Positions 52,530 to 64,000 of a stretch of DNA of 64,000 bases are shown here, piece after piece (positions within the stretch are counted from its first letter, which is position 1; every line of letters begins with the position of its first letter). Source of the stretch: the human T2T-CHM13v2.0 reference genome, Homo sapiens; the NCBI RefSeq assembly GCF_009914755.1, contig NC_060936.1; one strand, written 5' to 3'. The notes under the pieces were generated by a model that searched no databases, had not been told where the DNA came from, and saw only the letters and a program-made list of their open reading frames with translations. A program made the position numbers and the translations under genes.

Positions 52530-53620
52530 GATTTCATTCATTCAGTCATGTAATGATGTTCTTTTAACCAATATTTACTTAAATTTTTACATTTTCCAGG
52601 GACTGTTCTAGGCACTGGGGACACAGCAGTAAATAAAATGGGCAAAGCTTCATGAAGCTTACATTGTTTCTATTCCAGTGGGGTGAGTTTGACAAAAGCA
52701 TTAAAATATACAATATATAAAATGGTGATATATGCCAAGGAGAAAAGTGAAGTGGGGTAAAGGAATGATGCAATTCTAGATAGGATGTTAGGAAAGGCCT
52801 CTCTGAATATGAGTGTTTGAGGAGAGACTGAACAGAGAAAGTAGACCTTGGGATATCTGGGGAAAGAGGATTTCACACAGAGGGAACAGGAGTTGAGGCA
52901 GGGGAATGCCTAGAATGTTTCAGGTGTTGCAAAGGCATTAGGAGGAAGAGTAGAATGGTAGGTGACGAGATCAGATATGTATGTGTGTGCATGTGTAGGT
53001 AGGGCCTTCTAGGTGGGTATAGGGACATTTAGTTTTTGTCTGAGTGCTATGGGAAGCCTTTGGAAGGTTTCAAGCAGAGGAGTGATCTGTCAGACTTTTT
53101 TTTTAGATGAGTTTTCCTCTGTCGCTCTGGCTGGAGTGCAGTGGTGCGATCTTGGCTCACTGCAACCTGCTCACTGAAACCTGAAACCTCTGCCTCCCGG
53201 CAAGTGATTCTCCTGTCTCAGCCTCCCGAGTAGCCAGGATTACAGGCATGCGCCACCATACCCAGCTATTTTTTTTTTTTTTTTTGTATTTTTAGTAGAG
53301 ATGGGGTTTTTCCACTTGGCCAGGCTGGTCTGGAACTCCTGGCGTCAAGTGGATCCACCCGCCTCCCAAAGTGCTGGAATTAAAGGCATGAGCCACCACG
53401 CCTGGCCAGACTTGTATTTCAAAAGAATCTCTTTGGCTGCATTGTGGCTGTGTACTATAGTGGGGTAAGGCTGGAGGCAGAGAGATTATGTAAGTGGTTA
53501 CTGTAGTGTGTGGAGTTGAGTGTAGAGAAGTAGTGGGGTTTGGGATATATTTTGAAGGGAGAACTTCTGGAATTCATGACATATATTTGATATGGGTTGT
53601 GAGAAAACAAGAGAACTCGA
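52530..53620 (-). mobile_element. L2 element interrupted by an Alu
   Basis: ccagggactgttctaggcactggggacacagcagtaaataaaa...gggaagcctttggaaggtttcaagcagaggagtga...gggatatattttgaagg. Confidence 0.8.
53096..53407 (-). mobile_element. Alu (AluS) with internal rearrangements, TSD AGACTT
   Basis: ggctggagtgcagtggtgcgatcttggctcactgcaacct...gcatgagccaccacgcctggcc, with agactt on both flanks. Confidence 0.93.
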
Positions 53621-56029
53621 GAAATACTCTGTTTTATGTTAATATGATGCCTACCATTTCTAGGTTATACAGGGAACAGCTGAGCTGTTGCTCATTGTTG
53701 TCAGAAAGAACAGCTCTGAATCAGCTCAATTTAAACTAAGATGGAAATCTTTCCATTGTCTAAATGGATAATACTAAATAACTTTACCCAACAAGGTAAC
53801 TAATTGAGGCTTTAAGGATGAATTTCGCAGCTAACACATTTTATGTGCACCTGTAAAAATGAAGTTTTTATTACAAATCAGATACCTTATGGTTAAGGTA
53901 GGATTTTTTTTTGTCATGCCTGTGTCTTTCATGTTATATGGTCTAGCATGCTTCAGATTCCACCAATAAATGCCTGAAAGCTTCAGTAGAATCAAGACTG
54001 AAAGTGTATTTTTTGCTTTCTTTAAGATCATCCTCTAGTTTACATCATTATGGAGGGAGGAACTAGCGAGACTATAAGTTGGGCTCTCAGAGCAGTGTAA
54101 CTCTAGCTCCTGCATTTCTCGGTGGCTAAAGTACATTTATTTCTCCTCCAGTCCCGTAGACTATTGGTACTTCGTGTGCATGTGTGTGAATGTGAGGACA
54201 AATTGCCTTGACCCAGTATTTGCAAATAACTTCTTCAGACAATTGATATCTGAGAGAGGTCGTTTAATGGTCATGTGGACAATTCATTCATTTTTACATC
54301 AGTGGATGTGTGTGGCATAGAGGAAGGACTTTGAAGTTTGACAGATTCTAGAACTGATTCTGGTTCTACTCTGTGTTAGCTGTATTACTTAACCACTTTA
54401 AATAAGTAATCTAATCTAACAAGCATAATAAAAGCTTGTTAGATAAAATGAGATTACACGTAAAAAGTACCTGGCTTGTGAAGGACGATTTTTCTTCAAT
54501 TCTTATCTATTCCTGCAGTGTATTACCTTGTCAGAAGCTAACAAGCCCAGTCCAGGTTATATCAGTAGCTGTAAAAATGCTTTTATTGTGTAATAATTTA
54601 ATGTTATACACTCATTTTTTAAAATAGAAGATGATATATAAATGTCCAATTAAGTATTATTTCTATCTATTTTTCAAAACTGTTATGCTACCTAAAATCT
54701 CACAAGTAAAGACTAAGTGATCATGGTATGATATGAAGTTATACCATGACGAAACTTCTCTAATCCAGTATTATTCCCTTTCTGACTTAGTTGAGAAGAA
54801 ACTCCCATCTCAATTTAGTGCCTAGTTGCATAATTTATCTGACTTCACCTTTTGATAACTCTAATCCACTTCAAGTTCATTTCTTTGTTCTTTTTTTAAT
54901 GTTAGAACTCTTGTCACTTTGAGTTTATTTTTTAATTAACTTTTTTGAGGTATAATTTATGTACGGGATGGCACCCTTTTAAAATGAACAATTCACTGGG
55001 TATTGACAGATGCAAAACCATGGCTACAATCAAGACAGTTTCCATCGCCCCCAGAAGTTTCTTCTTGCTACTCCCTCTGTTTCCAGTCCCCAGCAGCTAG
55101 TACACTGAGTTTGAGTTGGTGAGCCTTTAAAAGTCATTTTTGAGGTAGAAGGCAGATGGTATTTGTTTGAGAAACAAAGAAGAGGTGAAAAGGAGAGAGA
55201 GAGATCGTCTACTCTTTCAAGCTGTTTGTGAAGAGAAAGTGTGAGAAAGAGAGGTAGTCAGACACAATTAAGGGAAGGATTTTTAAAAATTTTTGCATGT
55301 GTTATGTGCTGAATAGAAAAAGCAGTGGAAAGGGAGATTTTGAAACTACTGGAAAGGTGAGATCAATGATGAAAGAGGGTCCCCAGAGAGATGAGAGGGG
55401 CTGGGGTAAAAAGCACAATTGGGGAATAACTGGAAAGGAGGAAAAACAGCTTTTCCTCAAAAAGAGATGAGGTGGTCCAATATGATGCAGATAAGAAGTA
55501 TATTACTATACTTGGAGACAGTTGAAGGGTTCATATTTGATAGTTCAACTTCCTCAATTAAGTGCAAGAGAAGTTTATGTGTTGAGAGATGCAGAGAAGA
55601 AAAAAATATAAAAGGGTGTGTTTTTTTTTCCTTTCGGTTGCTCTTTGTGGCCAGGATGTAGCAGAAAAATAAAAAAAAGAAGATGGGGTTTTTTGATACT
55701 GCAGAGGATGCAGAGGAAAGACAGGAAAATCAGGAAGTTGAATGCTTGTAATAGAATGGTTGATACTATGCTATGCACCATGAAGTTTAAACAGATTAGG
55801 AAACCGGTCAGAGTCAGGAGTCAAGGGGTAGAGGTGAGGCGAAGAACATTTTATTTTCTCTGTTAGATCTGAAGCCCTATTTAAAACAAAACAGTGAAAC
55901 GCTGATCATTCTATTTTGTTGCTTGTTAATGCAATTTGTTTCCATTAAAACTAATGAAGAGTGGGTGTACATTGGTGAGACTGGGCCGTATGTCCAGCAC
56001 AAGAATAATGGAAGATGCTATGACACACC

Positions 56030-56420
56030 ATAGTTCGTGGTGCTGGGCCATGGAGTCTGGAGCCCTATTGCCTGTGTTTGGATTTTCTAGCTGTGTGATC
56101 TTGTACAAGTTACATAACCCCTCTATGTCTGACTTTCTTCACCTGTTAAAGGGAGACAATAATAGTATCCACCTCATAGGGTTGTTGTGAAAATTAAGTG
56201 CCTTAATATGTGCCAATAGCTAAGTCTAGCTTGTATTATTATAAGTCGGTAAACCTGAATTCAAGTCTCCTGTCTAAATTCAGAGCCTTTGGCCTGTGCC
56301 TATGGGCAAGCCGTTCAACCATTGCTGATTGCTTTTCACTTACTTAAAAATCTTGACTGCGTTTATTTTTGTGATAATTGAATGGGATAATATACATAAA
56401 AGTGTTCTGTAACTTTGAAA
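56030..56420 (+). mobile_element. Two tandem MIR fragments
   Basis: tagctgtgtgatcttgtacaagttacataacc...acctcatagggttgttgtgaaaattaag, then a second degenerate copy from ~56250. Confidence 0.65.
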
Positions 56421-56919
56421 CACTATATTTCTACATAATGTATTAATTGCATTTCAGTTAAATAGAATAAAGCAATAAGTGTGAAAATGCTATGAAATAT
56501 GAAATGTTCACATAAATGTAGAGCTGCACTAGGAATTGGAAATGTTTTGTCAATTATTATTATAATAATTTTGATTATATATTTATATGAGTATATTTTT
56601 AACTTGTAACTCTGAAGAAAAAAAATATTGGCGAGAAGGCAGCCATTTAAATTCCTAATTAAAATGAAGTTTTTGCTTCCCTCGTGGATCTATTTCCTTC
56701 CTTAGCATGTGGAGTGGAAATTTGACAGTCCCTAATCAATACCAATTTCAGCTTATTCCGACCTCTAATGGTATTGAATCAAGAATTTATTCATGTATAG
56801 AATGTCACAATTTTTTTTAAAGATTTCTGACAACTCTGCATTTGAGCTTCATGGAGTATTATTGGAGAAAAAATCAGAGCATATTTTGTCACTCTGGCCC
56901 CTCTACTTTCTTTTTCCTT

Positions 56920-57190
56920 TTCCAATTAGTTTTTATTAAAGCCAGGTTATTGGTGTATACGTTATATACAATAATATTTACCCTTCTTAGGTATATAGTT
57001 CTAAGGATTTTGACAAATGCATATAGTCATTAACCACCACCACAATCAAGATATAGAACATTACCATCACTCCAAAATGTTCCTTTATGTCTCTTTGTGG
57101 TCAGTCCCTTACCCCAGCTCCAGGCCTTGGCAACCACTGATTTTTTTTTTCTTTTCCCACTGTTTTGTCTTTTCTAGAAAGTCATCTGTA
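56920..57190 (-). mobile_element. L1MB-type 3' end fragment
   Basis: ttttgacaaatgcatatagtc...accaccacaatcaagatatagaacatt...ggcaaccactga. Confidence 0.75.
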
Positions 57191-59619
57191 TCAATTAGCT
57201 ATTTTTAAACAGGTTCTGGAAACCTGTTATTGGACTTCATTACTAATGACACCCAGATTTATCCAACATCTGTACATGTATGAACATATCAGTGTATGTG
57301 TCTATAATTATGGTCGTCTATGGGCAGCTGAGTAAAGATGTTGCTAATGAGTCTACAGATGCAGGCTTCATTCATAACTTAGAGCAGCTAGGGCTAGTGG
57401 TGCAGTCTTCATGGATGGAATCAGCACATTAACATTGTTGAAAATCCAGCAAAAGGAAGAGATTGTTTTTCACTTGCCATTCAGTAAATATTGCTGACTA
57501 TTCATGAAACAAATGATACTTTAATGGGATACTAACTAAATAGCTTTACCTACTGTCAGGGAGAAACTCAGTTAATCTGTATGATGAGAATGATAATAAT
57601 GACAGTATTAATCCTGTTTTGTCCATTATATTGGCCAATTTGGAGTGTCATAGTTGAGTCAGTACATTTTGGTGGATATCCAGTAATGCAGAAACTGGAG
57701 AAAAAACAGGCAAAATGGGCAATTGAGGGGCAATATAAATTCTTCCTATAACATATGGGGGAGAATGAAACTCATTATTTAGCTGTCTGCTATAATAGCT
57801 TCAAATCATTTAGTACTTTCCTTCCAGAAAGGAATCTTTTCTTACTCTTCTTTTTTTTATTCGTATTTTCTTCATTAAGACTATTACGTAAATTTCAATG
57901 TCTGGATTGTAGCAAAGATGTAGAGAGAAGTGGAAGCAAAGTGAACAAACACTTGCTGAGTTTCTGCCACATGTGTTATAGACACTTAAAATACATCTTG
58001 CTTAATCCTCACAAAAACCCTGAGAAGTAGGTACTGTTATCACCGTTTACAGGCATGCAAAGCGAAAGGAGCTTGTCCAGGGTCACACAGCTAGTAAAAT
58101 CAGGACCGCCCTCAAAGGCCATAGTCAGTTACCTCACCTTGCTGATTTCCTGTATTGCTGCCCATTATGCAGCATGATGACTTTTCAGTGTCGTCCCTTA
58201 TGCTCTATTTATCTACCAGCTAAATGTATTGGTATTGTTCACAGAGCATCAACTTTATGATTATGTACAATTGTTCAACAAATAACAGGAATCGCTTTTT
58301 ATTTTCTATATATAGGAGGTTAGAACAACTTATAATAAATATGATGACCTTTAGGTCAGACATTTCCTGTAAAGTAATGACCAGACCTTCTCCAGCTTGC
58401 TATTAATTATGGTCCAAGAGCACTCAGCAATTGTTTTAAAAATAATAAAAATAAATAAATAATGCAACAAATGATACTTCGGTTATTATGTAACAATGTG
58501 GTGGGTGTTAAAAAGGTAATATTGGTAGCCTACCACCATTTCCCGTTACTTCACTCAGAGAATATGAACACATTTTCCGGGAGGTCACGAATTTACCAGA
58601 TTTCATTGGGCTATATTATTCTCTCAAACCTTAATAAAATGTTACAAAGGTTATAGTTCCACTTTTTAAGGTTATGCCACTTAAAAAAATGAGATAAACA
58701 TCAGCTTCGTAGATTATAAAAAAGTATTTGGTCCAGGAATTCTAGTAAGTAATAAAGTAGTGACCTATACCTCCACTATTTTTCCCCTTCCTCCCTCTTT
58801 CTTACTGCATCTCTGCCAATATACATCAACAAACATCTAGTTTTTGAGGGTCTTGAAGCAAAACTTTTCTTAACATTTTTGAAAACTTTTAAAGGAAGTC
58901 TTCCTTCCTCTCTCCCTCCCTTCCCTCCTCTTATGCTCTTGGTTTTTAGCCATTTGAAATATTTTTACTCATGTGATATAAGCCTTTATTTGGTTAGAAT
59001 ATAAACATTAAAATTTTTTATAGTTATTAGGTTTATGATTTCATTATTGTGGGCAATATTTATAGTCTCAAACAACTGGGCCAGATAAATAATTTTACTG
59101 TTTTCCTAAAACTAAAATATTTGGCTAGTTTCAGCGTATTGATGGATTTTTTAAAAAATTTCAGACTTTATTGGCATTGTAGAACACCTGATAGACCAAA
59201 TATTCATACAAGTTTTTTTATATTTATATTTATACAAGTTTTTAAATATTTGACCACATATTAATACAAGTGTTTTTTCTTTTCCTTTTGGCCTTCTATT
59301 TAAATTAAAACATTCGAAAATATTTTTAATACTTCTTAAATATTCCAATGAGTGTTTTTAAAAGCGTTCTGTTATGCAAATGTGATATAACTGTGATAGT
59401 ATAAGATATAGCCCAAAATATATTATTGTACTGAAATTAATTGTCATTAAAAGGGCGTTATAATTTTTATATATATTTTTTCTGTTTGTTGACACCAAAC
59501 TCTGCACTGTTTTATCATGGAAAAAATGTTCTGCTAGAACATCTTTATTTTTAAGCAAAGTGTAGAAGCTTTTAGAATAAGTAATCTTAACAAAGTATGG
59601 AACATATAGCACAAAACTT

Positions 59620-60102
59620 TGAGGGACAGTTCTCTAAGGTTTTCTACAAGTCTTGTGAAAGCTTTTGTTCAATTCTGGATTATCTTTTAAGGATGTTTGC
59701 ATAGTTGAGACACAGTAAATAACTTTCAAAGCTAGAGATATTGTCTCCCTCTGGGGAAGAGGGCAGATTTCTTCCCTGATCAGGACAAACTCTTTCAGAA
59801 ACAAAGATTGGGCAAGTTTCCTTACAGTTCACTTTATAATGCTGAGGATTTTTCAAGCTTGGAATTCCTCAGATCCAGTGTGTGTGCAGCGTCCGTTTGC
59901 TTTGCATCACTCCCACAGGACCTGGGAGCAAGGAAAGCCTATATGTAAATGAAGCTCATGCTGCCTGCTCTTCTATGGATAATAAAGTTATGTTTCTGAC
60001 CCAGGGGTCTCATGTCTTTTGTCAGCCTCTGTGAGACTGTGACAGGCTAAACTCTTAACTTGCAAGCAATGTAAAATCTCAGACCCTTAGCAGTTCTTGA
60101 CA
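59620..60102 (+). mobile_element. ERVL solo LTR (MER74-like), sense to TRHDE
   Basis: Starts tgagggacagttctcta, AATAAA at 59981, ends aaaatctcagacccttagcagttcttgaCA. Confidence 0.7.
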
Positions 60103-60174
60103 AAAATATCTGTTTTATCACATGTGAGCTGAATTGAGTGTACCAGAACAGCAGACACCAGGTCTTGTCTTGTC

Positions 60175-60294
60175 ATTTCTTTTGTCCTTTTCTTTTTTTT
60201 TCCTCTCTCTTTCTCTTTTCTTTTCTTTTCTTTCTTTCTTTTCTATCTCCTCCCTTCCTCCCTCCCTCCCTCCCTTCCTTCCTTCTTTTTTTTT
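60175..60294. repeat. Pyrimidine-rich (CT/CCTT) low-complexity tract
   Basis: Directly visible. Confidence 0.85.
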
Positions 60295-62329
60295 AAAAAA
60301 AGAAAAGAAACCTTATAAATGCAAACTTGCAATCTGTTACTCTGGATTTCTGGTTAATTTTGAAAATTAAATAAACTGAGAATGAACCATTCATATATAA
60401 TATTTTCATTATAGACATTATCCACTATGGCAGCATTTACTGTAGACACCGTACATAGATATGAATTAATTTTATTTGCATAAAATTGCTACTGTTTCAA
60501 ACCAGTGTCACTGAAGGAAAAATGGTAGGAAACACTGAAATGATAGTTTTGGGTTTGATATATCTACAGTTTGTAGTTATGTGGAGTGCCTCCCTTTGGA
60601 CCTACCAAGAGTCACAGGTGAAGTTTATATTGAATTGTGGCAAGTGGATAAAAAAAAAATCAGAGTTTTAAAAAGTGAAGATGAATGGTGACTGTGATTT
60701 TAATGTTTTGTTTAATGTTTGGCATTATGTCTTTTTTTCATTCTGAATTAGCTTCCCTGATTAAATGTTAGAATTAGGAATTGAAATTTGGAAATGTGGT
60801 TACACTTACAAAACATTTTTAAAAACACTGCATTTAGGACTAATGTTCAGATGGTTAGATGGCAAGTTTGCACTCACTGAACCACAAATACCTTTTAATA
60901 TAATTCATGTTTTAATTGCAAATTTACCAAATTAACTTATTGCTACCTAGTTAAAAATAAATTGTTTAGGCAGATATATCTGTATAACTTACATTAGGAT
61001 GATTTCTTAACATTTATTCAGAGTATTTTAACCCTTAGCTTTTTAAAATAATATTTTTTGTTCAATTTAAAGGAAAGTGGTATCCTTTATGTTTTTAAAA
61101 CAAATGGACTCATTTCTAGTTTTTCTCAGCTACTTGCCTCAAACCCTTTGCATAATTTAGGTGAGGAAGATAAACTTTTACTTTAGACTCTGGTGAGATT
61201 AGGAAGTATTTTAAAGTGATAACTAAGGATTGCTTTTTGCTAATTTTGTAAGAAAAAAACCAAACCGATAGGTCTTATACAAGTTCCTCAAGGTGGCAAT
61301 ATTTTATGGAACAAGTAGTTTAGATTTTGTAAGTCCATATATACTTTAGATTTTTTTTTCAAGCAGCCATCTGTGCCATAACTCATGATTTCTTGTGCAT
61401 TTTAATCAGCATCTAGTTATGCATAGCTCTAGCCTTATTGCCATCTAAATACTTAAAACAGTAAAGTGCTGCAGGATATTAAGACATGTAGCTGTAAAAT
61501 TATGGTATGCACTTTCTCTCTGTACCTGAGCAGATGATCTGCAAATCAAGGCCTCTCAGAGGCATATGGGCAGAGCTGCTGGAAAATGTGGTTGGCCACA
61601 GGAGCCCAGGACTGGTGGTTGAGGCTGCCAGGACGCCTGGGTGTCTTTTGGTTTAGCCTTGGGTCCTCCAGTTAGGCAGGACTGCCTGATGCCCTCTTGT
61701 CCCTAATTCACTTTGATCAGCCTGTTGGTACTGATGGGAAAGGAGAGCTGGCAATACAGCATTATTGCCATGTAGCTTGATTTTCTGCAGCATTTTAATT
61801 ACATTGTGTGGCCTTGGAATTATGGTTACTTTAAAAGGATGCTCAATGATTTTTTCCCCCTTTTTATGTAATTTAGCTGGGGGAGAAAAACACAACTAAA
61901 TTCCATTTCAAACAGAAATGTGTTGTGCCAGCTGCGGATTGAGGCCTGGCCTTGATTCGCAAATTTTCATAGATTCAGAGGATGTTCTGCCAGCCGCCAG
62001 CATAATAGCTGGGATGTGGCCAAAGGGGTAGCTTGTCATTGAATATATTCTATTCCAGCTTCTGAATGCACAAATCCAAGGAAATTTTTCCTTGAAAAGA
62101 CACTGATATATTTACTTGGAATAGCATTATACACATAAATCAAGAGCTTTGGCAAGAAAATCAGTACTTGAAGGTTTTAATTCTGCATCATGGATTTGTT
62201 ATATGACTTTGGGGTAGTTACTTATGCTGCCTCACCCTTCTCATTTTAAAAATGAGCGCATTGCCTGTAAACAGGTATCACTAAGAGCCTGGAAGCAACA
62301 TAGGGTATAGCTAATGCTCATGGCGATCA

Positions 62330-62700
62330 CTGAAATATACATACAGAAATGTGCTCAAGTCATATGCTTATGTCCCAGCGACTTTTTACAAGACGAAAAC
62401 ACCCGGATAACCACCACCCAGATCAGGAAATGGAACACCACCAGCACCCATCATGGCACTCTCAGGTTCCTCTTAGTCACAAACTCCACCTCATTCCGAA
62501 AGGAAAGTGCTGTCCTGCCTTTTACCCCATAAATTAGTTTTTGTGTGTTTCTGAATCTTGTGTAAATGGAATCATCCATACATGCTCTTTTGTTTCTGGT
62601 TTGTTTCACTCACTGATATGGCTCTAAAATTTATTCATGTTGATGCAGGTAGCAAAGATCCCATCATATGAATATGCCATGATTAATCTATTTAAAAAAT
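62330..62700 (-). mobile_element. L1M 3' fragment
   Basis: accaccacccagatcaggaaatggaaca...taaatggaatcatccatacatgctcttttgtttctggttt. Confidence 0.7.
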
Positions 62701-63292
62701 AAGAGTGCATTGGATTAAGTGACTCTGTAGTCTCTCCTTGGTGTAAAGTTTAAAATGGAATTATTGTTCAGAGAAATGTGTTCTGGTGTATAAGTTACAT
62801 GATTATCTTGTGGTAGCTCATATAGGACCGCATTTAATACAAGCCCGAATTCCTGAGAAAGTAGAATAGAGTAATTTTTAAAGATGAAGATGTTTGGGCC
62901 TAATACATATCAAAAGAAGAGTTTATGTGTTTTTTATTATGCCCTGTACTAATAAATTCACCAAACATATACTGAGCATCAGACACTATATTAGGAACTT
63001 TTAGTTTTCACAACAATTCTGAGGGTATCATAATTCCATTTTTATAGGTGATAAGACAGTCTTAGAAAGTTAAAATTAGTTGCCTATTTTTATACAACTT
63101 CTAAGTGGCAGAAGTGTGAATTTAGGCTGCTTCATTTGACTTAAAATTCATAGTTTTTCTACTGCATCCCCTTAAAGATGACCAAGGTTTAATCTCTGCA
63201 TGCCTGTAGTTTGTATTCTTGTGGGGTAGGGAGATACAAGTGGGTAAATTAAATGAGAATTTTAATATGGCAGATAAAAATTGTAATACAGA

Positions 63293-63631
63293 TGTCTTAG
63301 TTTGTTCCTACTTCTATAATACAATACCAAAGACTGGGTAATTTAGAAATAATAGAAATTTATTTCTCACAGTTCTGGAGGCTGAGAAGTCCAAGATAAA
63401 GGCACTGGTAGGTTCGGTGTCTGGTGAAGGCTCACTCTCTGCTTCCAAGATGGTGTTTTGTTGCTGTGTTCTCATAGCAAACAAGACCAAACTGGCTCCC
63501 TTAAGCCCTTTTGTAAAGACACTAATCCCATTCATGAAGGCTCCCAATTACTTCTTAAAGGCCCTACCTCTTAATATTGCATTGGAGATATAGTTTAAAT
63601 TTTGGAGGGACATAAACATTTAAACATAGCA
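63293..63631 (-). mobile_element. MaLR solo LTR (MLT1A/MSTD-like) with 5-bp TSD, nested in L2
   Basis: acaga|TGtcttagtttg...atttatttctcacagttctggaggctgagaagtccaagat...aaacatagCA|acagg. Confidence 0.85.
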
Positions 63632-64000
63632 ACAGGTGTGGAAACCATAGGTACATGAAAGAGGGACACCAATCTCAGCCTGCAGAGTAAGAGTAAGAGA
63701 AGGGGGGAATTATAGGATGGAATGGGCAGGGAACATTCAACGGATAACAATGGCATGCGTAAAGGTATGAAATATTTGGGAAACAGTGCTGTGGTAAGAC
63801 GTTCAAGATGAGTGGCAGGGCTGAAGGGGCAGGAGGAAGGATGTAGGAATGAGGCTGAAGAACGAGGCACAGGTAAGAGGTTGGGGGAGTGGGTTTTCCT
63901 TCTCATGAGCTAAAACCTTTCCATGTAAGGAATTTATAGCCATCAAAGGGCTCTCATTATAAGAGAATTATGACTAGAGGCAGTACAGCACAGCAGTGTT

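Noticed and set aside
54721-54749. 9-bp stem hairpin tcatggtat...ataccatga
   Set aside because: Within chance expectation for 64 kb of AT-rich DNA.

Overview
Primate (very likely human) genomic DNA containing the 5' end of TRHDE (TRH-degrading ectoenzyme / pyroglutamyl peptidase II, an M1 zinc aminopeptidase) on the + strand. Visible parts are a CpG-island promoter, coding exon 1 (ATG 18580, second in-frame ATG 18715, donor after 19493), a ~13.1 kb intron, coding exon 2 (32616-32889) and the first ~31 kb of the next intron. The catalytic HEXXH exons lie outside the window. From recalled annotation, the antisense lncRNA TRHDE-AS1 overlaps exon 1 and runs leftward. The rest is AT-rich non-coding DNA with old interspersed repeats (L2, MIR, L1M, ERVL/MaLR/ERV1 LTRs, Tigger4, MER2, MER20, Alu) and microsatellites. 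There are no prokaryotic features. Repeat subfamily names were assigned by eye from remembered consensus sequences and need RepeatMasker confirmation. The most interesting observations are: (i) a compact module around the start codon, made of a uORF whose TGA overlaps the first ATG, a G-quadruplex-prone stretch, and a 75-nt purine-only tract that encodes a K12/E8 N-terminal extension and reads as a 3' splice site on the antisense strand; (ii) a ~120-bp, ~93% identical inverted repeat inside otherwise ancient L1MC sequence (5350-6553). Functional interpretations are hypotheses.
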